A stretch of DNA of 64,000 bases from an uncultured Acidimicrobiia bacterium (GCA_963714055.1 OY970227.1:1141330-1205329); one strand, 5' to 3'. Counted from the first letter of the stretch, positions 42,809 to 53,632 are shown. The notes: generated by a model not told the origin, from the letters alone. Program-made: numbers and translations.

Positions 42809-43240
42809 TCACGCCGGCTCGGGCTGGCCGACGACGTGGGTCACCGGCAGTTCGTGACGCTTGCGGATCCGATCGGGCAGGCCCTTCTTCAACCAGCGGG
42901 ACGATCCCTCGGGCAGAGTGGACACGACGATCTCGTCGACCTCGACGCCGTCGTGGCGCAGGGCGAGCACGGCGTCGTCGACGGCGAGCGAGGGGTTCGG
43001 GTCGCCCACCTCGCCCGTGACGGTGGCCCCTTCGGCGGCGAAAGCGGTCAACGCACGATCGAGCTGGCGCTCGGCTATGGCGTGGCCGCTTCCCTCGGTC
43101 CAGGTCAGGTGCTCGCGGGGAGGGGTCGCCGGAACGACGAGATGGAAGCGAGTGGGCCCGCCTCCCATCGCCTCGCGGAGGTGACCCAGCAGCTCATCGC
43201 TGGCGAGGGTCTGGTTGGCGACCACCAGGTAGGTGCGCAT
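42809..43240 (-). CDS. Hypothetical protein (143 aa), possibly alpha/beta USP-like fold
   Basis: ORF with coding-like composition (MRTYLVVANQTLASDELLGHLREA…FHLVVPA). No firm family assignment. Confidence 0.4.
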   Translation of the reverse strand: MRTYLVVANQTLASDELLGHLREAMGGGPTRFHLVVPATPPREHLTWTEGSGHAIAERQLDRALTAFAAEGATVTGEVGDPNPSLAVDDAVLALRHDGVEVDEIVVSTLPEGSSRWLKKGLPDRIRKRHELPVTHVVGQPEPA

Positions 43241-43347
43241 GGCGATCCTCCTCGGCAGGGCTCCCCCTCCCCTGCATTATGTCCGCCGTCGCCGCCTGCG
43301 CAACCCGTGACGGCGACGCCTGCGTCCACGCCGCGCGGAGGGCGCGC

Positions 43348-45309
43348 TCAGCTCCAATCCACGGAGCGGAGCTCCACCGGGTCCTTGATGCCCTTCAGCT
43401 CGAAGGGCCGCCCATCCGAAACCGGGAAGGCGATGTCGTCGACGATGTCGACGGTGTCCGCCGAGACGAGGATCTCCTCGGCACCTGCAGCAGCGGCGAT
43501 GCGCGCGGCGACGTGGACGCCTTGGCCGCGGAAGTCCCCGCCCTCCACCGTGGCTTCGGCCGAGTGCACGCCGATGCGGACCGATGGGGAGAACCCGTGC
43601 TCGCGCCTGTGATCCACCAGCTGTCTCTGGATGGCCACCGCCGCCGCCAGCGCATCGGCAGGGCGGTCGAAGGCGACGAAGAAGCCGTCCCCGGTGTGGC
43701 TCACCTCGACGCCGCCGTGCCTGGCGAACAGCGCACGCAGCTCACGGTCGTGCCAGGCGAGCAGCGCCTCCCAGCGTTCGTCACCGATGAGCGCCACCAG
43801 GTCGGTGGAGGTGACGATGTCGGTGAACATGAAGGTCCTGGTGACCCGCTCCCGGTCCCCATCCGGCCGCCCGGTGGTGCGCAGGAGCTCGTCGACGGCA
43901 CGGAGGTCGGGAACCGCCCCCAACCGATCGAACGCGGTGCGGGCAGCGCCGAGGTCGATCCGAGCGAGGTCGTCGTCCCCGGTGAGGAGATGGGCACGCC
44001 CCAGGGCGACCCGGGACCGCGCCGTCTCGTAGGGGAAGCCGAGATCGCGCCACAGAGCGACGGCCCTCTCGAGGTCGCCACGTGCCGCCGGTCCGTCGCC
44101 GCGGTGGAGCGCGACCTCACCGCGCGCCTGCAACGTTTCGGCGGCGAAGGCGGGCTGGTCGAAGTCGGCGGCGATCGTCTCCAGCTCGGCAACGGCCGCC
44201 AAGGCCGTGTCGAGGTCGTCGACCGCCAGCGAGACCTCGACCTGAGCGGGCAAGAGGCGGGCCCGGGCGAGCCGGTCGACCTGCTCGTCGCCGGCGCCGG
44301 CGCCCAGGCTCCTGGCCAGGCCACGGGCTGCCTCCTCCTTCTGCCCCCTGGCGAGCATGAGCAATGCCATCCCGGGCTGAGACTCGGAGCCGGCCTCGTA
44401 GGCCTGGCGGAACGCGTCCTCGGCTCCGGCCAGGTCGCCCATCCGAAGCCTGATCTCGCCGACCTCGTCGTAGGCCAGCCCGACGGCATCGAGGATGCGG
44501 AACCTCCTCAGGTCGTCACAGGCGTTGCGTGCGTCTGCCTCGGCCTGGGACCACTCACCCTTCAGTCGCTTCAGCTCGGCGCGATGGATCCGGCACACAC
44601 CCGGATACCCCCGCACCGAGTGATCACTCATGAATCGCTCCGCCTCGTCGGTCCACTCGGCCGCTCGCCCGAAGTCGGCGAGGTTGCGGCAGGTGCCGAT
44701 CGTTATGCAGTAGACGTCGCTGACCGACCTCAGGTTGGCGGAACCGGACAGAGCGGTGGAGGCCGCTTCGTCGATCGTCGCCAGGCCCTCCCGCCAGCGC
44801 CCGGCGGAGACCAGGGCGTGGCCCTTGATCGCCAGTGCCCTGGCCTCGGAGTCGACGTGGTTGGTCCGGCGCGCCAGCTGCACCACCTCGTCCGCCTTCT
44901 CGATCCCCAGCTCGAGCTGGCGGTGGGCGAGCACCGCCTCGGCCAACTCGAGCACCGCCAGAGCGGCATGGGCGCCGGTCTCGGGCACCCCCTCGAGGAG
45001 GCGAGCGGCGTTCGCCTTCCACCCCGACGCCACCGAGAACGCGAGGCGCCTCACCGCCAGGTAGGCGAGGGTGGTGGCGACCTCGGCCGCTTCGACGACG
45101 AGGTGGGCGTCGAGATAGCCTGCGTACGCCCGTTCCAAGGCGTCGACCGATTCCTCGGGCTGACCCGCCCACCAGGCGGCGTCCGCCAGGATCTCGAGAT
45201 CGGCAGGCGCCAGCGGCTCTTCCCGATCGAGTGCGGTGAACGTGTCCAGCGCCTCTTCCCATCGACGCCGCTGCGCCGCCTGCCGACCCGATTCGAGCGA
45301 GAGGACCAC
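43348..45309 (-). CDS. TPR-repeat protein with C-terminal class III adenylate/guanylate cyclase catalytic domain
   Basis: C-terminus has RVTRTFMFTDIVTSTDLV…HTGDGFFVAFD…VRIGVHSAEAT…GVHVAARIAAAAG (CHD motifs). The N-terminal 450 aa are helical-repeat/TPR-like. Confidence 0.7.
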   Translation of the reverse strand: MVLSLESGRQAAQRRRWEEALDTFTALDREEPLAPADLEILADAAWWAGQPEESVDALERAYAGYLDAHLVVEAAEVATTLAYLAVRRLAFSVASGWKANAARLLEGVPETGAHAALAVLELAEAVLAHRQLELGIEKADEVVQLARRTNHVDSEARALAIKGHALVSAGRWREGLATIDEAASTALSGSANLRSVSDVYCITIGTCRNLADFGRAAEWTDEAERFMSDHSVRGYPGVCRIHRAELKRLKGEWSQAEADARNACDDLRRFRILDAVGLAYDEVGEIRLRMGDLAGAEDAFRQAYEAGSESQPGMALLMLARGQKEEAARGLARSLGAGAGDEQVDRLARARLLPAQVEVSLAVDDLDTALAAVAELETIAADFDQPAFAAETLQARGEVALHRGDGPAARGDLERAVALWRDLGFPYETARSRVALGRAHLLTGDDDLARIDLGAARTAFDRLGAVPDLRAVDELLRTTGRPDGDRERVTRTFMFTDIVTSTDLVALIGDERWEALLAWHDRELRALFARHGGVEVSHTGDGFFVAFDRPADALAAAVAIQRQLVDHRREHGFSPSVRIGVHSAEATVEGGDFRGQGVHVAARIAAAAGAEEILVSADTVDIVDDIAFPVSDGRPFELKGIKDPVELRSVDWS

Positions 45310-45366
45310 GTCCTGACCGATCAGATAGAAGATGACAAATCTACCGACAGGAGTTGGGTGACGCGT

Positions 45367-45397
45367 CGGGCCCGCCGGCTGACAGCCGGCGGGCCCG
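45367..45397. terminator. Hairpin CGGGCCCGCCGGCT-gaca-GCCGGCGGGCCCG downstream of the MerR-like gene
   Basis: 13-14-bp perfect stem read from sequence. Followed in minus sense by a short T-containing tract. Confidence 0.55.
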
Positions 45398-45417
45398 GGC
45401 CTTTCGGTGAGGGGTGA

Positions 45418-46206
45418 TCAGCGGTGCCGGGCGGCGTTGGCGACGATGGCGTCGCGCACGAACTGCGCCAGCCCAGGGGCCATGTCCTCGTAGGTCTTGG
45501 TGAAGCGGGGGTCGGCCAGGTACATCTCGCCGAGGTTGGCGTGCATCTCCGGCGGGCACGGGTAGAAGCGGCGATCGATCTGGAGCCGAGCGGCTTCGGC
45601 GACATCGCCGGCGGCCTCGCTGGTCGGGTCGACACCCGATCGCAGTGCCTCGACCCAGCGACGGCCGATCTCCTCGCTCTCCGCCCTGATCTCCAGCCAG
45701 TCCTCCTTGGTGTACCGGGCCGTTCGCCTGGCGCTCTCCTGGTAAGCGTCGGTCTCACCCCAACGTCGTTCGGCCTCCTCCTCGTGCTCCGACGGATCGA
45801 AGTCGCCGAAGACCTCGAACATCTCTTCCTTGGTCAAGTTCATCCCGGTCTCCTCTGCTCGTATCGCCTTCTCCACCGCGTTGATCACTCGTTCCAGACG
45901 ACGCTTCTGGTCAATCAGCTGACGCAGCTGACCGTGCAGCACCGCGGCGCGGTCCAGCCCCGAGGCACTCATCACCCCCCGGATCCCGTCGAGCGGCAGG
46001 TCGAGCTCGCGGTACACGAGGATCTCGTGGAGCCGCTCCAAGTCGTCCTCGCCGTACACCCGGTACCCGCCGGCGGTCCGGCCGGTGGGGCGCAGCAGCC
46101 CGATGTCGTCGTAGTGGTGCAGGGTGCGCACCGTGACTCCGGCGAGCCGGGCGACCTCCCCGACGGTGTAGCCGTTGATCGTCTTCATGACCCCACCGTA
46201 AACCAT
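45418..46206 (-). CDS. MerR-family transcriptional regulator with TipAS-like C-terminal ligand-binding domain (start possibly at M7, 46188)
   Basis: HTH is YTVGEVARLAGVTVRTLHHYDDIGLL. Followed by a coiled coil and about 150-aa TipAS-type domain. Confidence 0.75.
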   Translation of the reverse strand: MVYGGVMKTINGYTVGEVARLAGVTVRTLHHYDDIGLLRPTGRTAGGYRVYGEDDLERLHEILVYRELDLPLDGIRGVMSASGLDRAAVLHGQLRQLIDQKRRLERVINAVEKAIRAEETGMNLTKEEMFEVFGDFDPSEHEEEAERRWGETDAYQESARRTARYTKEDWLEIRAESEEIGRRWVEALRSGVDPTSEAAGDVAEAARLQIDRRFYPCPPEMHANLGEMYLADPRFTKTYEDMAPGLAQFVRDAIVANAARHR

Positions 46207-46375
46207 TACGTTACGTGAGGGTCAAGCACCGTGTTTCTGGCCCGAGCCGACCTTCGGTGGCTCAGTCACAGTGTCAGGCGCCGAACAGGTCGGCCCTCCT
46301 CAGCACATGGGGCCCCTACCCCATGGCGGCGTCACCGTCGCACAGCGAGAGGGCGAACGAGCAGCCCGAAATGGA

Positions 46376-46403
46376 GGGGGCCGCCCCCGCAGGGGCGGCC
46401 CCC
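46376..46403. terminator. Hairpin GGGGGCCGCCCC-cgca-GGGGCGGCCCCC about 25 nt downstream of rpmG
   Basis: 12-bp perfect stem read from sequence. Confidence 0.55.
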
Positions 46404-46429
46404 CGACGAATTCCCGTCGACCCGATTCG

Positions 46430-46591
46430 CTAACGCGTCTCGCGGTGCGAGGTGTGGGTCCGGCACCAACGGCAGTACTTCTTCAGCTCCAGACGCTCAC
46501 GGGTGTTCGCCTTGCTCTTCGTCGTCACGTAGTTGCGGCGTTTGCACGTCTCGCAGGCGAGCGTGATCGGCGGGCGTTTGTCGCTGGCCAT
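46430..46591 (-). CDS. rpmG: 50S ribosomal protein L33 (Cys4 zinc-ribbon type)
   Basis: Hand translation gives [53 protein letters not shown]. At 53 aa it is below the ORF-track cutoff. Confidence 0.8.
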   Translation of the reverse strand: MASDKRPPITLACETCKRRNYVTTKSKANTRERLELKKYCRWCRTHTSHRETR

Positions 46592-46610
46592 GCGAGTCCT
46601 TCGTCCAGTA

Positions 46611-47801
<1,191 letters not shown>

Positions 47802-47861
47802 GCCTGGTGCTCCTCTTCGCAGCCTCGGCTGCCGTTGTGTTTGCCGTTCTTGTTGCGTGCG

Positions 47862-47935
47862 TAGCGGCGGGCGGACTTGAACCGCCGACCTCTCGATTAT
47901 GAGTCGAGCGCTCTTACCGACTGAGCTACGCCGCC
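47862..47935 (-). tRNA. metT: tRNA with CAT anticodon (elongator tRNA-Met by synteny; tRNA-Ile2/lysidine not excluded)
   Basis: Minus-strand GGCGGCGTAGCTCAGTCGGTAAGAGCGCTCGACTCATAATCGAGAGGTCGGCGGTTCAAGTCCGCCCGCCGCTA. Clean D and T arms, G1-U72. Confidence 0.7.
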
Positions 47936-48059
47936 GCGTGGCGCTCTGCGCGTCAGCCATCCGCCCGGCGATCGCGGATAGCGGATAGCCGGGAGAGGAT
48001 AGCAAGGCGACGCCGTCATGAGCCGTCCGGGGGCCGGATCAGCCGTTGAGGTCGCCTCG

Positions 48060-48131
48060 AGCCCCCTCCGGGATTTGAACCCGGGACCCCCTCCTTACCA
48101 TGGAGGTGCTCTGCCACTGAGCTAAGGGGGC
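48060..48131 (-). tRNA. thrT: tRNA-Thr (anticodon GGT)
   Basis: Minus-strand GCCCCCTTAGCTCAGTGGCAGAGCACCTCCATGGTAAGGAGGGGGTCCCGGGTTCAAATCCCGGAGGGGGCT. Confidence 0.8.
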
Positions 48132-48185
48132 GGTTTCGAGGTTGCGGCCCCGAGGATAGAGCACTTCTATCCTGCGAACACTCGA

Positions 48186-48271
48186 GCCGGGATGCCCGAG
48201 CGGCCAAAGGGAGCAGACTGTAAATCTGCCGGCATTCGCCTACGGAGGTTCGAATCCTTCTCCCGGCACCA
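48186..48271 (+). tRNA. tyrT: tRNA-Tyr (anticodon GTA), class II long variable arm, CCA encoded; opposite strand to neighbouring tRNAs
   Basis: GCCGGGATGCCCGAGCGGCCAAAGGGAGCAGACTGTAAATCTGCCGGCATTCGCCTACGGAGGTTCGAATCCTTCTCCCGGCACCA. Confidence 0.8.
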
Positions 48272-48281
48272 TGCATCGAGG

Positions 48282-48725
48282 ATGCTGCGGGTGCATGTAG
48301 CGCGATCTCTCACGCTATTGCTGGTCGCCGCGATCGTCGCCGCATGCTCCGGCGGAGCCCAGCCGCCCGCACCGGCGGAACAGTCCCTTGTCACCACCAA
48401 CTCGACGGTTGGCGACGACCGCGTTGGGATCAGCGGATCGCCGGTCGTTTGGGAGTTGGACCCGGCATTCCCGGCGCCGACCGCCGATGCGACTGAAGTA
48501 CATGTGCTGGCCACTGAGCTGCCCTGCACGGGCGGCACGGAGATGGGAGACAGGTTGCGTGATCCGGTCGTCGAGGTCGGCGACGACGTGATCCGGATCA
48601 CCCTCGACGCCGAACCCCTGCCGGAAGGCGCGTACACCTGCCCTCTCAACCCGGCGCAGTCGACGGTCATCGTTCTTCCCGAGCCTCTGGGAGACCGACG
48701 CCTCGTCGACGGGTCCGCTGATTGA
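48282..48725 (+). CDS. Putative lipoprotein (hypothetical)
   Basis: Starts MLRVHVARSLTLLLVAAIVAACSGG (lipobox). The upstream part of tool ORF 48192..48725 overlaps tRNA-Tyr and is not coding. Confidence 0.45.
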   Translation: MLRVHVARSLTLLLVAAIVAACSGGAQPPAPAEQSLVTTNSTVGDDRVGISGSPVVWELDPAFPAPTADATEVHVLATELPCTGGTEMGDRLRDPVVEVGDDVIRITLDAEPLPEGAYTCPLNPAQSTVIVLPEPLGDRRLVDGSAD

Positions 48726-48749
48726 CCTGCTTGGCATTCGTTTGCCATT

Positions 48750-49022
48750 TTGCCACTCAAATGGCAGAATCCTCCCATGCTGGTCACGATCGACCGTGCG
48801 GGGAGAATCGTCATCCCGAAACCGCTCCGGGATTCCTTGGGCTTGACCACAGATACGCAGTTGGAGCTGATCCCCGACGGCGCCGGTCTGCGAATCGAGC
48901 CCGTCCAGCGAGCTGAGCGCACGGTGGAAACGCGCGACGGGATACCGATCCTCGGCAGAGTCGAGGGCGCCGTACTCACCGACGCCGACGTGCGGCGGCT
49001 ACGCGATGACCTCGGGCGCTGA
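48750..49022 (+). CDS. vapB: AbrB/SpoVT/MazE-fold antitoxin (VapB-like); start possibly at 48777
   Basis: MLVTIDRAGRIVIPKPLRDSLGL swapped-hairpin motif. 80-90 aa. Its 3' end overlaps the next gene. Confidence 0.6.
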   Translation: MPLKWQNPPMLVTIDRAGRIVIPKPLRDSLGLTTDTQLELIPDGAGLRIEPVQRAERTVETRDGIPILGRVEGAVLTDADVRRLRDDLGR

Positions 49023-49443
49023 ACGCTGGGCTTGCGACACGAGCGTTGCCATCGCAGCGCTCGATCCGAGCCACGAAGGTCACGCCATCAGCCGCCGGGC
49101 ACTCCGCGAACGTCGACCCGCCTTGGCCGGGCACGCCGCCTTCGAGACATACTCGGTACTGACCCGGCTGCCTCTGCCATTGAGACTCCGACCGGAGCAG
49201 GCCATCCAGGTGTTGACGAGCGCCTTCCCCGAGCCTTGCTGGCTCGATGGTGATGACACCGGTGACCTGTGGTCGAGCATGGCGGAGTTGCGAGTGGTGG
49301 GGGGCGCCGCGTACGACTCCCTGGTCGGCGCCGCCGCGCGCGCCAATGGACGAAAGCTGCTCACCAGGGATCGCCGCGCAGAGCGCACCTACCGTTCGGT
49401 CGGAGTCGACTACGTGTTCGTCGACGAGGTCGACTCCGGGTAG
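49006..49443 (+). CDS. vapC: PIN-domain ribonuclease toxin VapC
   Basis: WACDTSVAIAAL (first acidic residue), YDSLVGAAARANGRKLLTRDRRA and acidic C-terminus. 145 aa. Confidence 0.65.
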   Translation: MTSGAERWACDTSVAIAALDPSHEGHAISRRALRERRPALAGHAAFETYSVLTRLPLPLRLRPEQAIQVLTSAFPEPCWLDGDDTGDLWSSMAELRVVGGAAYDSLVGAAARANGRKLLTRDRRAERTYRSVGVDYVFVDEVDSG

Positions 49444-49459
49444 TCCGCCCGGGATGCGG

Positions 49460-50329
49460 TCAGCGGATCATGCCTCTGCTCGCCATCTCCTGAAGGCGGG
49501 CGATCCGGTCCGCCATCGGCGGATGAGTGGCGAACATCCGAGCGACGCCACCGCCACGATGGCCGCCGAACGCCTTCAGCGGGTCGGCGATGAAGAGCTG
49601 CGACACCGCCGGGTTCACCGGCATCGGCACCTTGCTGGTGCCGGCGTCGAGCTTGGCCAGGGCTCCGGCCAGTGCCAGCGGTGCCCCGGTGATCTCGGCG
49701 CCGGACCGGTCGGCCTGGAACTCCCGGGAGCGGGATATGCCGAGCTGGATCAGCATCGCCGCCAGCGGGGCGACGATCACCGCCACCAGGCTGAGGATCG
49801 CCCCCAACGGGTTGTTGTTCTCGCTGCGCCCTGCCCCGCTGAAGAAGGCCATCCGGGTGAGGAACGACAGGGCCGCCCCGATGGTGGCGGCGATGGTGGC
49901 GATGAGGATGTCCCGGTTCCGGACATGGGCGAGCTCGTGCGCCAGGACGCCCTCCAGCTCTTCGCGGTTCATCAGTTGCAGGATCCCGGCGGTCACGGCG
50001 ACGGCGGCGTGCTTCGGGCTGCGGCCGGTGGCGAAGGCGTTGGGCTGCGGCTGGTCGATGTAGTACAGGCGGGGCATCGGCATCCCCTCGCGGGTGGCGA
50101 GCGACGAGACGATCTGCTCTACCTCGGGCAGCTGGCCCGGTGCGATCGGCTTGGCCCGAGCGGCCGCCAGGGCGATCCGGTCGGAGAAGAAGTACATGGC
50201 GAAGTTGAACACGACGGCGAGCAGCAGGAAGGTGAGCGCTCCCTGACTGCCGTTGAGCAGCCAACCGACGGCCACGAAGAGACTGCCGAGGAGGCCGAGC
50301 AGGGCGGCGGTCTTCAGGTTGTTCGACAT
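49460..50329 (-). CDS. htpX: Membrane zinc metalloprotease HtpX (M48)
   Basis: HELAHV motif, 4 TM segments, 289 aa. Confidence 0.85.
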   Translation of the reverse strand: MSNNLKTAALLGLLGSLFVAVGWLLNGSQGALTFLLLAVVFNFAMYFFSDRIALAAARAKPIAPGQLPEVEQIVSSLATREGMPMPRLYYIDQPQPNAFATGRSPKHAAVAVTAGILQLMNREELEGVLAHELAHVRNRDILIATIAATIGAALSFLTRMAFFSGAGRSENNNPLGAILSLVAVIVAPLAAMLIQLGISRSREFQADRSGAEITGAPLALAGALAKLDAGTSKVPMPVNPAVSQLFIADPLKAFGGHRGGGVARMFATHPPMADRIARLQEMASRGMIR

Positions 50330-50527
50330 GACCGGATCGTACCGAAAGGGCTGCGGTACTCACACCGCGCTTCACGCCTCCTCCCCCCGCGGACCAGGGG
50401 CAGGTACGACACGCGGCGGCTAGGCTCGCACCAGATGGCGAGACACCCGCGAGTCCCGTTGGGTCACTCGTCCGATTGACGGGCGCCAGTGGTCGACGAG
50501 ACTACGGAGGAAGGGGGATTCCACCGG

Positions 50528-53500
50528 GTGAGAAGGACTGCCGTCCTGTTTGTCGCGCTGGCGACGATGCTGTCGCCAGGCTTTGCCGCGTCGGCGGCGC
50601 CGACCGTCCCGCCCGACTCGCTCGCCGCCATCGCCGGGGCGAAGTCGGCCGCCGTCCACATCGTGCTGCTCGGCGCCGCCCCAGTGGCCTCCGCCGACGG
50701 CATCGGCCCCGCTCCCGGCTCCCGCCTCGACGCCTCGGATCCTGCCGCCGTGGCCTATGCCAGGAGCCTCCGACGCCGGCAGCTGGGGGTCCTCGAGCGG
50801 GCAGGGGTCCCCGAGGAGGCCCTCATCCACCAGTACGCCACGGTCCTCAACGGGTTCGCCGCCAGGCTCACTCCCGCGGAGGCTGCGGCGATCAACGCCA
50901 CCCCGGGGGTGGTCGCCGTCATCCCCGACCAGGTGAGGCGGCCGGTGACCGACTCGACGCCGGGCTACCTCGAGCTCGACAACGCACAGGGGGCATGGGC
51001 CACCGGCTACACCGGCGAGGACGTCGTCATCGGCGTGATCGACACCGGGATCTGGCCGGAGCACCCCAGCTTCGACCCGGCGGAATTCCGCGGCCGGCCG
51101 GCCGGCTTCACCCCGAGCGGGTGCGAGTTCGGCGCCGGGGACTTCAACCCCGACGATGCCGGTTTCGGCTGCGGCGGCAAGCTGGTGACCGCTCGGGCGT
51201 TCGGCGCTGCCCTCCACGGCGGGACCGGAAACGGGTTGGCCGCCGGTGAGTTCCTCTCCGCCCGGGATTCCGACGGCCACGGCACCCACGTGGCCGCGGT
51301 TGCCGCCGGCAACGGTGACGTGCGGGCCACGGTGCTCGGCGCCGAATGGGGCCGGGTATCCGGCATCGCCCCCCGGGCGCGCCTGGCCGTGTACAAGGCG
51401 TGCTGGTCGCTGGAGAGCGGGAGTGCCTGCTCCACCGCCGACCTGGTGGCGGCCATCGATCAGGCGGTGGCCGACGGGGTCGATGTCATCAACTACTCCG
51501 TGGGGTCCGGGTCTTCGGTCTTCGGCGCCGACGAGCTCGCCTTCCTCCACGCCGCCGCCGCCGGCGTCATGGTGGCCGCCGCCGCCGGGAACGGTGGCCC
51601 GGAGGCGTCGACGATCGCCTCCCCGGCGACCGCCCCGTGGGTGACCACGGTGGGCGCCGCCACCCACGGCCGAGGCTTCCAGGGACTGGTCACGCTGGGC
51701 GACGGCACCGAATTGAGCGGGGTGAGCATCGCCGGCGGGACCGACCCGGCGCCGCTGGTCTCCGCCGAGGACGCCGGCAACCCGACCTGCGACCCGGCGG
51801 TGTCCTTCACGGTCGACGTGTCCGGCGCCGTCGTCGTGTGCACCCGCGGTGGGGGGTTGGCGCGGGTGGACAAGAGCCGGGCCGTCGCCGAGCAGGGCGG
51901 CGTCGCCGTCGTCCTGGTCAACGCAGGCGACGACGAGTCGCTCGACCCCGACAACCACCACCTGCCGACGGTCCATCTCCCGGCCGGGGCCGCCGAGGCC
52001 ATCACCGCCTACCTGAGCGCTGCCGAGGAGGCCGGGGAGACGCCCACCGCCCAGTTGAGCGGTGGCGTGCCCGTGGCCGGCGACGGCGGCGTGCTCGCCG
52101 AGTTCTCCGCCAGGGGCCCCAACAGCCTCAGCCCCGACATCGTCAAGCCCGACCTGGTGGCACCGGGTGTCGACATCCTGGCCGCATCGAGTCCCGCCCC
52201 GCTGGCGGGGCCGGCAGACCAGCTCTTCCGGGCGGTCAGCGGTACGTCGGCCGCCAGCCCGCACGTTGCCGGGGTGTTCGCCCTGCTCGCCCACGCCCAT
52301 CCGGACTGGTCCCCGGCGATGGTGAAGTCGGCACTGGTCACCGGGGCGAGACGCGACGTCTACGCCGCCGACGGGAGCACGCCGGCCGAGGCGTTCGAGA
52401 TGGGCTCCGGCTACCTGTGGCCCGGCCCCCAGGTCTACCAGCGGGGAAGCGCCTTCAACCCGGGCCTGGTGTACGACGCCGGTCCCCTCGACTACACCGC
52501 CTTCGCCTGCGGGGCGGGACTGGGTGGCCTGTGGAAGCCGGGAACCTGCGAGGGGCTCGCCGAGCTGGGCTATCCAGCGGACGCCAGCAACCTCAACCAG
52601 CCGGCCATCGCCGTCGCCGACCTGGCCCGTACCGGGACCGTCACCAGGACCGTGACCTCCGTGTCGGACAAGACCCGCGCCTTCACCGCCGAGATCCGCC
52701 AGCCCCCGGGGTTCACGGTCGAGGTGTCGCCGCAGACCATCGCCCTCGACCCGGGCGAATCCGCCTCGTTCACCGTGACCATCACCCGTGACCGCGACGA
52801 CGTCGGGGTGTGGCGGTACGGCACCCTGACCTGGGGCACGGACGGCTACCGGGTGACGAGCCCGATCGCAGTGCGCGGCGCCGACTTCTCCGCCACCGAG
52901 TCGGTTTCCGGTGTCGGGACCTCCGGCAGCGCCACGCTCGGTGTCGGCTTCGGGTACGACGGGGCCTACCAAGCCGTGCCGAGCACGCTGGCGGCCCCGG
53001 TGACCATCGAGGGATCGGTGACCGACGCCGCCGCCGACGTCAACACGGCGCTGGCGTCCGGCGACGGGGTGACGTTGCACACCATCGAGGTCACCGACGC
53101 CACCGAGCTGGTACGGGTGGCGCTCGGCGGTGGACAGGGCGATCTCGATCTCTACGTGTTCGACCCCGACGGTGCCTTCGTCGCCGGCAGCGGGTCGAGC
53201 GGGGCTTCCGAGGCGGTTGAGTTCACCCCGCCGATCACCGGCGCCTACACGGTGGCGGTCCACGGCTTCGCCACCGGTGGCGACACCGTCGAATACGAAG
53301 TCACCACCTGGGTGGTCGACGAGGCCCCGGCCGCCGACGAGGCCGCCACGGAAGCCGCCCGGCTCGACGTCAGCCGGGCACCCGAGGAGGCATCGGCCGA
53401 CGCCCCCGCCGAGGTGGAGGTGGCGTGGACCGACCTCGCACCGGACACCACCTACCTCGGAGTGGTCACCCACATCGGCCCGGACGGCGTGCTGGGCCGT

Positions 53501-53584
53501 ACCGTGGTCACCGTCGACACCGCGGCCACCTCGGATAGCGGGACCCCGCCGGCGATTCGCACCGCCGACGACCGCAGCGGCTGA
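50528..53584 (+). CDS. Secreted S8 subtilisin-family serine peptidase, 1018 aa, multi-domain; GTG start after GGAGGAAGGGGG
   Basis: Signal peptide VRRTAVLFVALATMLSPGFAASA. Catalytic triad motifs VIDTGIWPEHPSF (Asp), HGTHVAAVAAGN (His) and SGTSAASPHVAGVFALL (Ser). Long C-terminal beta-rich region. Confidence 0.8.
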   Translation: MRRTAVLFVALATMLSPGFAASAAPTVPPDSLAAIAGAKSAAVHIVLLGAAPVASADGIGPAPGSRLDASDPAAVAYARSLRRRQLGVLERAGVPEEALIHQYATVLNGFAARLTPAEAAAINATPGVVAVIPDQVRRPVTDSTPGYLELDNAQGAWATGYTGEDVVIGVIDTGIWPEHPSFDPAEFRGRPAGFTPSGCEFGAGDFNPDDAGFGCGGKLVTARAFGAALHGGTGNGLAAGEFLSARDSDGHGTHVAAVAAGNGDVRATVLGAEWGRVSGIAPRARLAVYKACWSLESGSACSTADLVAAIDQAVADGVDVINYSVGSGSSVFGADELAFLHAAAAGVMVAAAAGNGGPEASTIASPATAPWVTTVGAATHGRGFQGLVTLGDGTELSGVSIAGGTDPAPLVSAEDAGNPTCDPAVSFTVDVSGAVVVCTRGGGLARVDKSRAVAEQGGVAVVLVNAGDDESLDPDNHHLPTVHLPAGAAEAITAYLSAAEEAGETPTAQLSGGVPVAGDGGVLAEFSARGPNSLSPDIVKPDLVAPGVDILAASSPAPLAGPADQLFRAVSGTSAASPHVAGVFALLAHAHPDWSPAMVKSALVTGARRDVYAADGSTPAEAFEMGSGYLWPGPQVYQRGSAFNPGLVYDAGPLDYTAFACGAGLGGLWKPGTCEGLAELGYPADASNLNQPAIAVADLARTGTVTRTVTSVSDKTRAFTAEIRQPPGFTVEVSPQTIALDPGESASFTVTITRDRDDVGVWRYGTLTWGTDGYRVTSPIAVRGADFSATESVSGVGTSGSATLGVGFGYDGAYQAVPSTLAAPVTIEGSVTDAAADVNTALASGDGVTLHTIEVTDATELVRVALGGGQGDLDLYVFDPDGAFVAGSGSSGASEAVEFTPPITGAYTVAVHGFATGGDTVEYEVTTWVVDEAPAADEAATEAARLDVSRAPEEASADAPAEVEVAWTDLAPDTTYLGVVTHIGPDGVLGRTVVTVDTAATSDSGTPPAIRTADDRSG

Positions 53585-53632
53585 GCCGGCTTCCGCGCCA
53601 CCTCCGAGCAGGCAGGCACCGAAGGCGCCGGT

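Noticed and set aside
50420-53473. 1017-aa minus-strand ORF
   Set aside because: Antisense shadow of the S8 peptidase gene, whose catalytic-triad motifs are on the plus strand.
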